A stretch of 64,000 nt of DNA from Lingula anatina (Eukaryota; Animalia; Brachiopoda), in assembly GCA_051362555.1 (NCBI GenBank), contig CM120640.1, positions 17,608,001 through 17,672,000 on the forward strand, written 5' to 3'. The translations under genes and the position numbers were made by a program. A model generated the notes under the pieces. It was given only the letters and a program-made list of their open reading frames with translations, ran no database searches and had not been told where the DNA came from. This document shows positions 1 to 11,495 of this stretch, piece after piece; position 1 is the stretch's first letter; every line of letters starts with the position of its first letter.

Positions 1-368
1 ACGCAGCACAATGTCAGATTTGAAGGCATTCACATCATGCATGGTACATGGCTCACAAACTCACATTAAGTGAATGCATCCATCTTGTTTATTGTTTCCG
101 TTTCTTTTACGGAAAATGCAAGGTGAAATCGACCCGAAAATTTCCTCGCAAAATTTTCTGTTCAATATTTCGCGACTACTTTCACACGGATTCATTTGGA
201 AGTACACTCAATATACGTATATATAATAAAAACTGGGCAACAAATCCACCTTTCCTCATCAAATCAATCTTTTCGTTTGGTAAAGTCCTTAATTTTGTGT
301 AAGTATATAGATAAGAAGACAAGCACACGTCAAGCCTGATTAAATTATTCTTTAAAGGCAACACTTAC

Positions 369-424
369 CCGTTGATACAATTCTGGATGGCAATGATGAA
401 AAGACAAAGTAATTTAAAATCCAT
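369..424 (-). CDS. Probable first coding exon (signal peptide MDFKLLCLFIIAIQNCING) of a gene running off the left edge
   Basis: ATG at 424-422, then a basic residue, a hydrophobic core and a small-residue end. Strong donor GG|GTAAGT at 369/368. Cluster of bZIP sites just upstream (500-655). No downstream exon identified. Confidence 0.4.
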
Positions 425-496
425 TATGTCAAATATCAGGCAATACGACCCATTTCTGTCAAGTTGTTGCCACAAGTGTAAACTCTAGGTGAATCT

Positions 497-655
497 ACGT
501 AGCTTTTACGTCATAGGTAAACGACTTGACACAATGAGCTCAATGTGACGTCATCCCAAACCATCTTTTAAACAAAGTCCGAATCATCAATTTCTACCTA
601 CTCTTCAACCGTTAAGGGTTTTTAAATTATGCATACGTGATACGTTACGTCATGG
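497..655. promoter_or_regulatory. Cluster of CRE/ATF-type bZIP sites
   Basis: TTACGTCA (~506), TGACGTCA (546-553) and TTACGTCA (~645) within 150 bp, upstream of the putative exon at 424. Confidence 0.35.
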
Positions 656-1111
656 TTTATCCCAGATTCCATACCGTATGTTTACAAAATTATGTGATCA
701 AAAATATACAACAAGCACGCTCGCAGAAATTTCAACGCATCCAAGCATCCCTCGTTTGTTGTTTCACGTTTAAAATCATAAGTGCAAACACCTGGTTTAA
801 ATGCATTTTACCGCTAGTGAAAAACAAGTTGTAAAGCTGATGCGTGAGGTGTTTATTAATTATACACGTAAGGTTAATTGCGACAACAGTGCGAGTATAC
901 CGATTTCATAAGAGAATTAATCTTTTTGATTTTTGAACAGTTCCACCAAAACCACTGCATGCGCATTTGTGACTGTCAACAAAAATGACAAACATAATAT
1001 TTTTTTATTCTTTAGCGTTTCAAGATTCTCACTTTTTGCAAATAAGTCTGAAAAAAACGCAAATGCTGCCCCGTCCAATGTTTTCCTAGTGTACATTATC
1101 TGTACGTAGGG

Positions 1112-2011
1112 CTACGAACCAATCTTTCTCGAGTGCCCGTTCGTCCTTTTCACCAGTTTGTCGAGGTATGTGAAGAAGGGTGCGTAATTGCCGCTACCCT
1201 GCACATGGTGAGCAAAGTGCCGAGCCGGCCCACCCATCAGTCCAAAGGGAACTAGCTTGTCCAATCCCCATGGCCAATCATACACGCAATGGTTTTCCAT
1301 TAACAACCACAAGAAGATTGGGACGTAGATGGCTCTGGTGAGAGGATGGCTGTTCACGATCTTAAGCCCTTCGTTTGCTGATAAAATGAGCACAATTCTC
1401 TCCACGACGGTCAGCTGGTTGGTCACGTGAATGTCGACGGTTGCATGGTCGTGGTGTAGCGCGTGGAACGTTTTGTAGAGCCAGGCGTTCTTGTGGAGTG
1501 AGTAGTGAACCAAGAAAAAGAACATATCAAAGACTACCAGAGCACATACGATGTGGATGGGGATAAGGGCCACGGAGGGTGGTTCAGCTGGGAGAGCTCT
1601 GGTGGTCTGTACCCATGTCTGTCGTTTCATCTTCCAAACCATCGGATCAATGCCACAGCCCTTATAGTGCTTCACCATGAATGTGTCCATCAAAGCAAGA
1701 GGGGCCATATAAAACACACCAGTCTTCAACATCTCCAGGGCAGTAAATGGTATAAAACGATGCTTCTTGTCGATCTTGTACCGATTGAAAAGGGGTATCG
1801 AGTCAATCAGTCTGTACATGGGAACGAGCAGTACTGTGAAACACACTGGCGCCCACACGGTTTCGAAGTAGACGCTGTTGAACCACCACTGCTGAAGAAG
1901 CCACGCCCATGTCTCATTCACAGCATTCTGTAGGTGCTCAGCCAAAAGCATGCCTACAGGAATGCAGGCTAAAATGCAGCAGCGGAGACCAAGTATTAAT
2001 GCTGTGGCCAT
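1112..2011 (-). CDS. Cholesterol 25-hydroxylase-like protein (fatty acid hydroxylase/sterol desaturase superfamily), 299 aa, single coding exon
   Basis: Three di-iron His boxes (HYSLH, HALHH, HFAHH), an ENH motif, GNYAPFFTYLDKL at the C-terminus and hydrophobic segments. Acceptor tttag|gacATG 3 nt before the start implies an upstream non-coding exon. Confidence 0.88.
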   Translation of the reverse strand: MATALILGLRCCILACIPVGMLLAEHLQNAVNETWAWLLQQWWFNSVYFETVWAPVCFTVLLVPMYRLIDSIPLFNRYKIDKKHRFIPFTALEMLKTGVFYMAPLALMDTFMVKHYKGCGIDPMVWKMKRQTWVQTTRALPAEPPSVALIPIHIVCALVVFDMFFFLVHYSLHKNAWLYKTFHALHHDHATVDIHVTNQLTVVERIVLILSANEGLKIVNSHPLTRAIYVPIFLWLLMENHCVYDWPWGLDKLVPFGLMGGPARHFAHHVQGSGNYAPFFTYLDKLVKRTNGHSRKIGS

Positions 2012-2294
2012 GTCCTAAACACACAAAAAAAAGCATTTAGTGGTAAGCAATACTGCTGTTACGGGTCGAATCTTTAAAATATCTACATAACGGAAATGTT
2101 TAAAATATCACCAGTTGTAAGATGACACCTGGATAATTTTTAAAAATAAGTTTAGCTTTTTTGAAACACTGGTGATTAATGGGCCCTTTAAATTAGACTC
2201 TGCAAGATCCTATCTGTACTATATAATACACTGTGTTCACGAGCCCGATATACACGTTAGGATGCCGAGCGATAGCGATGCACGCATATGGAGT

Positions 2295-2297
<3 letters not shown>

Positions 2298-2325
<28 letters not shown>

Positions 2326-2512
2326 TACAGTGCATTATTTGGGAAATCGTATGCGTTTCCCACCCAAAACCCCTTAGTTTGAATAGAATGTACGCTAATA
2401 TCACCGCCAGTGATTTCAGCCCCACACTACACAGTATGTATAAATTGATAAACTTTGAGCTATGAACTCAAGGTAAAGAATCGTCGGTACTTTTGCAGTA
2501 TCCCCCCCCCGG
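2298..2512. mobile_element. MITE-like element with CCGGGGG.../...CCCCCGG termini
   Basis: Begins ccgggg(n)tacagtgca and ends tgcagtatccccccccgg (imperfect TIR). No clear TSD. Confidence 0.5.
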
Positions 2513-3155
2513 CCCTTATACAAGCATGTGCTCGGCTTTCTTATTGAGCTATGTCGTTCCTTTAATCAATGATTCTGACTGCCACCTAAATAAACCAGTT
2601 TCTCAATTAACAAGATAATGTTTTTGTGTTCTCATACCTCATCTAATTCCTTGTAAAACATCGAAAAATTGTTGCATAAATTGTCAAATTAATTTATTTG
2701 AATAGTCGCTATTGATAAAAGTAATCAATAACTGAATTTAGCAACAACCAAATACTTGAAGTGAACAAACTGGACTGGATTCAGGGCATAATTTCGGTAC
2801 CGAATCGTCATGTCCGTGTCCGCGGATTTCTAGTGTTTTTATTGTTAGGTCACATACTGTCAGGATTTAGGTGTGATTTGAAACTACAATGAATTGACTT
2901 TCCATATTTTAGAGACTAAATGAAGAGTAATCCGTCTATTGAAAAACTGTAAGCTTTTGTCAACGCACTGTACAGTTACAGTTATTACTCTCCGAATCCA
3001 GAAAACTGAAAATTTTACGTGTCCGAAAATGCTTTTGTACAGCGAGGGACTATATTGCGAGGAAATTGTTTCCAAATACGAAATCGGCTTAAAATTAATA
3101 AAATATAGCCAGGTTTTCGATTTTGAAGGGAATTTTCCGCACACCCTCTGATTAA

Positions 3156-3532
3156 AGATGCATACAAAGTCAATTTTTTGTCACAAAAACCAACCAAATG
3201 CCAGCATATGGTTTCAAGTAGTATAACTAAGAGAATTACCAAAAGGCATTGTTTAATTTTACCCAAAAAGGATGTTTGAACGGATTTTTCTGCTGGCATT
3301 CTAAGCTGTATGTCAATGGGGCAGGAAAGTAGGTCACGAATGTAGGTTAAATTTACAACCATAAATTTAAAGAAAGGAGCAGTCTAAAGGTCTTTTATGG
3401 CTGATTGAGTGATCTATTCAGTTTATCCCTTGGCATGTCGAATTTATTTGAGTCATATAAGAATCTAGTAGAAGTGGTTTACATGTGTTACTGGGAATCC
3501 ACGCTCCACCGATGCTCGGTTCGTATGTACCT
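3156..3532. mobile_element. Kolobok-like MITE, copy 1
   Basis: TTAA on both sides (3152-55, 3533-36). Imperfect TIR agatgcata/tatgtacct with purine-purine start. Near-identical to 3830-4207. Confidence 0.7.
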
Positions 3533-3829
3533 TTAAGAAGTCTCGACAGAAAATCCGAAAAGTTGTGAAAAAACAGTGCAAAATTTCTCCCCTGAGGCAC
3601 CTCCAATAGGAGTGCACATCTCATTCACTTTCCGAACTTATAATTACATTAATTCACCTAAAAAAGTTAGTGACTAACCTCAATTTTCACGTAAAGCAAT
3701 AATATTCCATAACTTGCTACGACAGCATTTTTTTACCTTGAACTGTGGAAGTTCAAAAAAGTCATGTGATACAAATCATGCGACGCGCAGATTTGGGTGC
3801 TAAAATGCAACTTTATAGACCCATATTAA

Positions 3830-4207
3830 AGATGCATACAAAGTCAATTTTTTGTCACAAAAACCAACCAAATGCCAGCATATAGTTTCAAGTAGTATAA
3901 CTAAGAGAATTACCAAAAGGCATTGTTTAATTTTACCCGAAAATGATGTTTGAACAGATTTTTCTGCTGGCATTCTAAGCTGTATGTCAATGGGGCAGGA
4001 AAGTAGGTCACGGAAGTAGGTTAAATTTACAACCATAAATTTAAAAAAAAAGAGCAGTCTAAAGGTCTTTTATGGCTGATCGAGTGATCTATTTAGTTTA
4101 TCCCTTGGCATATCCATTTTATTTGAGTCATATAAGAATCTAGTAGAAGTGGTTTACATGTGTTACTGGGAATCCACACTCCACCGATACTCGGTTCGTA
4201 TGTACCT
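3830..4207. mobile_element. Kolobok-like MITE, copy 2
   Basis: TTAA flanks (3826-29, 4208-11). Highly similar direct copy of 3156-3532 with different flanking sequence. Confidence 0.7.
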
Positions 4208-7200
4208 TTAAGTCAAATATAAATTTAAGAAACAGAATAAACATTTCTTTTATCAAAGACCAAAAACTTAATACAAATTTAGTATATTTACCGAAATCCC
4301 GCCCACTAAACGAGAGGTGTACTGAGGAAACCCCGCAATTTACCACGATCGGCAGGGACAGGTGAAGTAGGTTGTGCGGCAAGTTACGATTTTTATCCTT
4401 ACTGATATATGGAACCCACATATTTATAGCATGTCAGAGACTCATTATCAGGTACGTATGCAAATTATTTAGATTGTAAAATATATATAAATGCTTTTTA
4501 TAACGAGAAATGTGCTAGTTTCGCTCCACTACGTACTGTACATAATCAAACACATTTGTTATATACTGTATTGTATCTTGTAGATTTGTTGTTAAAATGT
4601 GCACCGTGTGACCGACGCAGGCTCATTCAGAGTAATTTAACTCCGACTACAGTTCAATTTTAAGATTAACTTTTGATCTAGTGTTATTTAGAATAATACT
4701 GATATTACATTACGGCATGTGCTTTCATTAGCACGTACAGTTTACGTACTGTACAGTATAACGTAGCATTGCAAGCACTTGTCATGTGAAGCATACATAA
4801 TGTGCTTGACAGTTGTATATATTAATTGAATTATGAATACATCACCTTTTATTTGTAATAATTAGCAATAGGTCAGGGGAGTATTTGGCAAGATTTAACA
4901 TTTCTTTTTTAGGCTGATAAAAAATTAAAAACTTTCTAACATTGATGTAAGGAAAAAGATGTTTGGATATAGAATGGTAGAAGTATTTATGTAATATGAG
5001 CTTTTTTCATGATCATTTAACACTCATTTTCAGTATAAAGGTCCATTTGAAAGTGTAGGGTTTATTTTATAAATCCCTGAAAAATTTTTAATACATGACT
5101 TGCTAGTGAAGGTATGAAAATGAAAGTTGAGACATTTATACACCATATTTGCTTACTGTTGAAGTTGTAGATTTTTTACTTTAGTTAAAATGAATTCTTA
5201 AGTAGATCTATTCATGGACCTATTAGGTCCATGATCTATTGTAGAATGTTTATGGTTCTAAGATCAACAGTAATAAAGATTTAAAATAAAATCCATTTAT
5301 GTTTTCTGAGTGAAAAAAGATAAAGCCAGTAATTATTATTTTATTATGTGAGTTCCTAGACTTGTGTTAGTTAAGTACCACTTGGACATATCTTCCGTCC
5401 CTCGCTCATTGTTAGTCAATTTTTTTTATGTAAAATTGACCTATATATTGAAAATGGGTGAAAACAGATTGTTTTTATTTTTAGTTGCATGGAATTGTAA
5501 ATTTTGAATTTATTCTTATTTTCTTTTTCAGATAAAAGAAGAACATTTTTTCAGATATTACAGAATATCTGCCAGGGTTTGAAGTGCCCTGAAAAGTGAT
5601 CACGATGATATGCTGCATCATTATCATGCATTCCTATTAGTTATATTAAAAAAAACTGTCACCAAGCCCTTAGTGAAAAATGGTTATAAAAGTATTCTTT
5701 GGCAGCACTTATATTTTTTGAAACATAAATATTGAATTTTTTTAAAAGAAATATGACTCCTATGGTATTTCTTTAAGATAATTGGATGGCAGTGTTGCAA
5801 ACAAGTGTTATTATGAAGACATTTTTTCTAATTGGACTCCCAGGAGCCAGACTGCTTTTCACATTCAAACGAGAATTTAAAAAGAAAAAAAATGTCAGAA
5901 AAGTAAAAGAGGTATTTTGAATATATTTACAGTCCACATCCATTTATACCCAGTATATAATGCCTGGTGTTCACTAGTACAGGTAGAGCCCTTTTCGGAA
6001 GCAAGTTGCATATTCCCATATTTTAATATCAGATATCAAATACAAGCATATGGAACTGTTTTGAATAAAGACATAAATTGTCCTTTGTGATCAGCATATT
6101 TTTCTCTTACATGTATTTTAAGTCTTAAAAGGATAGCTAATGTATTTTGAGATAATGCATTTGAAGATGGAACGTGTATGAAAATTTCTTCAGCGAAAAA
6201 AGGAAAGTCATTAAGTTCAACCTAGTGCAATGAAAGTGAAAATTTTATATTAATTTTGGAAATATTTTTTGTTTTTATTTATATATTTTTTACATTTTTA
6301 CACACTTTGTATAACTAAATACTTTGTGTATTCTTACTAGCACCCATGCATATGGACTTCCTGTGCAAGCACAGTTTCCAAAGTAATTGTGAAAACTACC
6401 ATTTTGGTGGTAAAATGGAATAATATATATTGTATTCCTATGGGTGCTTTACACTACTAGTATTTATGCTTAAATGTGAATCTCATACAAACAGTTGTTA
6501 ACCCTTCAAAATATTTATTTAAGAACCGATGAATTTGTCTATACAAAATAAAGAAAAACAAATTGATGGGCTTTTTTTAAACTTAATTTTTGGATTCAGA
6601 AATGTTCAATTACCAAAATAATTTCATAAGTAACACTGAAACATATGCAATGTACATGCACCGGTAGTAGTGCATAGAAATTAAGAAGGTGCAACAATAT
6701 CAAATTTACAAATTAGATATAAAACTGACACGCATTGTTTGACTATCGATTGAAAACTGCAATAATATCCAAAAATAACCGGTGATAATTGCCAAAATAA
6801 AATACTTCTGCAAATGTAAACAAACGTCGAGTTGGGCCCATCTTAGGTCATGGATGACGCAAAAACCTGAATTTTGCATGATTTTTGGTACAAAAAATAC
6901 TGTAACATTTGTTTCCAAAGATGGATTTAAATAATTTTTTATACATACAACATTGATTAAAAGATACGTTATCACTTATCCGGAATTTTCCACACACTCT
7001 CTAGTTGAGGAATAGTGGCCAAACTTACGATGTTGCCAAGGTCAAATTTTACCGCTCAGTGCGACTTTGACGAACGCAAGCTCGCTCTAAACGACACAAT
7101 TTCAATATAAGTGTACATGAATATGAAGTCTACATGCCCCACAATCATAATATCGTATTAGACTTGCTAAGTATGCATTTATTTAGAGTATTTAGCTATT

Positions 7201-8539
7201 CTTCGACCAACAATTAAAATTTTCACAAAATTTGAGCCCGACGTTACGTCCTGGCGCGAGAAAACGACGTTATATCACTCCGCATCGACAGTATGTGTAT
7301 CGTTTTCAGGGTGCATACAGATGGTCGCAGCCAAGGGAGTGTCCCATAAGAGCAACCCGAGGTCCAGTATGGGGGGAAAAAGAAGTAAGTTTAGATATTC
7401 CACGAAAGATAAGCATTCGTACAAACTAAAGCTTAGGAATAATTCTTTTGCACTTTGCAGTATTGTTACTGGGCAATAACATTATATAGTATTTAGATTA
7501 TCGAAAGCGCGTTCAAAGCCCGTTTCATCGGATATTTTGTGTCGATAATTTGCCTCTTATGCCTTAGAAAACAGTAAACAGCCAACCGACATTCATAAAC
7601 GCGCTATACTAACCCCTGTTGTGAACAGTTATCCACTTCAGAATATGCAACACCAGTGATGCAACAGAAATCAATTTGATATTATGGGATAGAATCTGAG
7701 TCCGGTCCCATCGGGTTCTTTCGGGCCTTTCCGTTGAAATATAGATCATGGGTGGATCCAGCAGCCAGCATCCTGGTATAGGTGCGTGTTGAAAATAGTT
7801 CAAAAATCTCGAAACCCAGTGGGAAATTTCAGAGAATAGATATAGTTAGCGATGTGTTCATTCTACGCGCGACGTCGTGCCTCAACTTCTTTTTTACACA
7901 TCCATTTTCGACCGTTTAAACTCTTTCTAAACCCGTCTAAACCGTCTAAAATGCCCTTTTTATCTTTATATATTCACGATGCACCGCTTTGCTACGTTCT
8001 CAAACTTCCCCATTCAGTGTGTGTAGATATTACGTGAAATCATATTGCCTTGGTTCTGCTTACATATAGGAAGGCCTACAGGGTTAATCGACAATTTGAT
8101 ACTTGAAGTTAGTGTCTATTGTCTAGTTTCCAGTTTCGTTTTTCAAAAACGAACCTGGCAACTACATGTAGTACCTACCGGTAGTGTCGATTTTCAAAAA
8201 CAATTCCTGAGAAACCAGAATCGTTTTTGCGAAAGAAACGAGAGTTACCGCGACCAGAGAACCGTGGAAGCTGGTAAGGGTGTTACGACGAGAGAGAGGG
8301 ACGACCGCCAATCGATGTCTACGGCGCACAAGCCGGTGTCATGTACCAGAAATTGCCCCATGACAGAGAGCTTTTGCGGAACTTGTATTTAGCCGGACGC
8401 TTTATTTCATGACAGCTATCACGAAACGCAGATTTCGCCAGCCATACAGTTCTAATAACAATATACAACACATCTGAAATTATAAGGTCCTACTGTACAG
8501 CAATAGATATATTCATTGACAGTGAAATCACTATAGGTC

Positions 8540-8660
8540 TATATGTACCCTGTGTTACACGTCGTCGCCACTGACGACGTCGTGTGCGATGACGTTGCTC
8601 ACGCGTGGAGGCCGTGACGCTCTCGGCGTTGTTTGATGTTCCGTGAGCGGGGATTATTTG
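8540..8660. promoter_or_regulatory. CpG-dense patch, candidate promoter between the divergent hydroxylase and anoctamin genes
   Basis: High CpG density in an AT-rich background, and an inverted repeat acgtcgtc-gccact-gacgacgt. Confidence 0.35.
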
Positions 8661-9428
8661 TTATTATTCTGTTTCTATCGCTGGAAGCCTTATTTTTATT
8701 TCCAAAGAATAAATTTATTAAAAAAAAAAAACCCACGCGTTGTTTCTCCCGCTAACATTTATATTTACAATCTGGGCCATAATAGCATTATAATAAAGCG
8801 ACCTTTTGATAGCAAAACGAGTAAATAGCGTGATTTTTGGAATAGATTAAACAAAAGTTTTCTGGTTATACATGCAATGTGCTAGTAGTACTGACTAAAA
8901 GTGTTTGTTCCCTCATTTACAATTTCAAGAACATATTTTAAGTTACAATGTGTGAAACAGCACCCCTCCTTTTTTGGTTATCCCAAGATATGACCCAAAT
9001 GTCTTCTGTTTGTAGAAATAAACGAAAGAAAGAAAGAATTAAAGAAAGAAAGAACTTTGCAGCCTATATGTTATAATTTGCCTATCGTTAAATCAAGGAG
9101 TTATAACAGAGTTATAACTCCTTGGTTAAATAGAAAGTAAATATTGAAACGAAACGTGTCGCCATCTAGTGCTGAAATACCACACCCATACTCTCTAACC
9201 CAATGAAGGCTTGATATTTGATTAAAGAACCGTGTGTATTCATACCGAAATATGACATAACGTCCGTAACATTTCTGACGTGGCTGAGGTTTAGTTTTTA
9301 TCATATATATGCAACCATCATCAACTTTGAAAGAGTTGAAGACTTATCGGGTTTAGAGAGTATATATCAACACCCAAGCGGTCACTAAATCTTATTACTA
9401 TGTTCTGAGGCAGGTTAGTTGTGGGTAC

Positions 9429-9561
9429 ATGAACAACCGCGTACAACCAGGTTATCCACAAAATAGTGTGCAGGCAGACAGGATGTCGGGCTATCCTCCT
9501 GGTGAGGGCACGGCCCCTCCACCCATAGGGTTTGAGATGCACACCCCTCATAGCGGCAACG
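9429..9561 (+). CDS. Anoctamin alternative first coding exon 1A ([11 protein letters not shown]...[24 protein letters not shown])
   Basis: ATG at 9429, open frame, donor G|GTGAGT in phase 1 matching the downstream exons. Confidence 0.65.
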
Positions 9562-11452
9562 GTGAGTTTGGTTTTTTGGACTCTGTTTTGGAAACATTTA
9601 TTTAAGGTGACCTTTAAGTTGATTGTGAAATTTTATTTGTGCAAGAGTAAAGATGTGTTAGATTTTTATCGTTCCAGCCCCCGATAATGTATTTGGGTTC
9701 ATTTTGTATGTCCGATGACAACCTTTCTAAAACTTTGTCTCAGCTGTCCTTCCTACTATGTAATAACAAAACACAAATTGGAGTTATTGACATTTGTGTG
9801 ATATTAACACATTATCATCATGTTAAAAAATATGCTCACAGGTACCTTTCTAGTAATCCTTCTGCACATATTCTTATACATTTTGTTCTGAAGATCGGTC
9901 GTAATCAGCATGAATTAATTTCCATTTATCACTATATAGACATAGAAAAATCATCTTAGCAGTAAGATCTGACTTATTTTCAGTGATATTTAAGCATAAA
10001 ACTGACAAAATACATCACACCTGAAGTTGATTTTGTTGTCATTATTTTAAGAAATTAAACATCAAGTTTGTAAAGTTAATAATTAAAGAAGTGCTATTGG
10101 GTTTCTGATAGCCAATTTCAAATGTATTTTGAGAAAACTTTAAATCTAAATTTAATATACAGCATTTGCCATCAGCCTGGCTTCATTCTCATACTTGTCA
10201 GGTCAGAATTTTACATCATGGACTGGAATGTATTAATTAATGATCATTGATGACATAAAAAATTCCCACAGGAATCTCTGCACTAAGATCATGCATTGCT
10301 AAGTGGAAAACTATTTCAATTCTATGAATGACCTGTGTCCCTAGGTAGTGATATTCCCACTGAGATATCTTAAGTGCCTTCTTTCTCTGTACTGATAAAT
10401 ATCTTGTGTTTGTAATACATTGTGTGTGCCTAGCACCTTGGTGGCCAGGCATATGGTTATTATACTTAGGGATGTCCCAGCCATACAGGGTGTGTTTGTA
10501 TGTATGTAAGTGTGTGTACACAGTAACCATATTTGTATATATACTGTGAGAAGTGCTGATATTTAACTGTATAAGAAGTCCCACCCTGTAGTTACTATAC
10601 AGTCACTTAAATGGAGCCTCTGTGCTGGACACAGTCAATGGATTAACTTTATCAGTATAAGAACCTCTCAAAGTATACTTGTACAGATTTTATTACTAAT
10701 ATATACTATTGTATCACTAAAATGTCTATTAACCGCACCTTGTCATATTTTAAACATTAAATAACATAGCTATAAGACCAATATTGCATGACTTTATTTT
10801 GTTTTATTAAAAGCTGAAAGGGTAGTCCTGTACTGTAAGGTATGTGTGTTTAGTCAGCGTTATAGCTAAGGCACTTTAATGTGTGCACTCTGGGGCCTCA
10901 AAAATATCTGTTTAGTCATTCTGAAACCAGTTGTACAACTCCCATCAATATGTAAAGTGACCCACACTAATGCAACCATTTAACTGATTGAAATCTGGTT
11001 CACAGGGAGAATTTTTAAGGACACTTCCACCACATTTTCACTTTTTTTTTTTTTTAGCTTCACTTGTCATCTGAGGTACATATTATACTGTATATACATA
11101 TACTAGTACTTACTGGAAGAGTGGGTTTGTATGAGAGCATAGAAGCATAAATATAACAAAGCTTATCATAATCTAAAAACAGACACGCCCTTTAGTCCTT
11201 GTTATGCTGATACGGAATATTCATTGAGTGTGTGTTGACTTATTGTTATCTAATATCACAGAGAACCTGCGTAGGTGAAATGTCCCAATTTACTGATAAA
11301 TTTGTAGTATTTTGTTACATGTTGGAGTAAATGCATCTGCAGAAGGGCTTTTATCATAGTTCCAGTATCATGTTAGATAACTTGTGATATGTGTTTATCA
11401 TGTAACATTCTCCATATGTGCCCACATGTGCTTACATGGGTGTGTATCTATG

Positions 11453-11495
<43 letters not shown>

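Noticed and set aside
1505-1933. 142-aa plus-strand ORF
   Set aside because: Antisense shadow of the hydroxylase CDS.
3015-4036. Duplicated minus-strand ORFs (MVVNLTY...)
   Set aside because: They lie inside the two MITE copies and have no protein features.
3129-7003. 21-bp near-repeat ggaattttcc(g/a)cacac(c/t)ctct at 3129 and 6981 as LTR-like ends
   Set aside because: Too short, with no TSD, PBS or retroelement ORF. Probably ends of two separate dispersed repeats.
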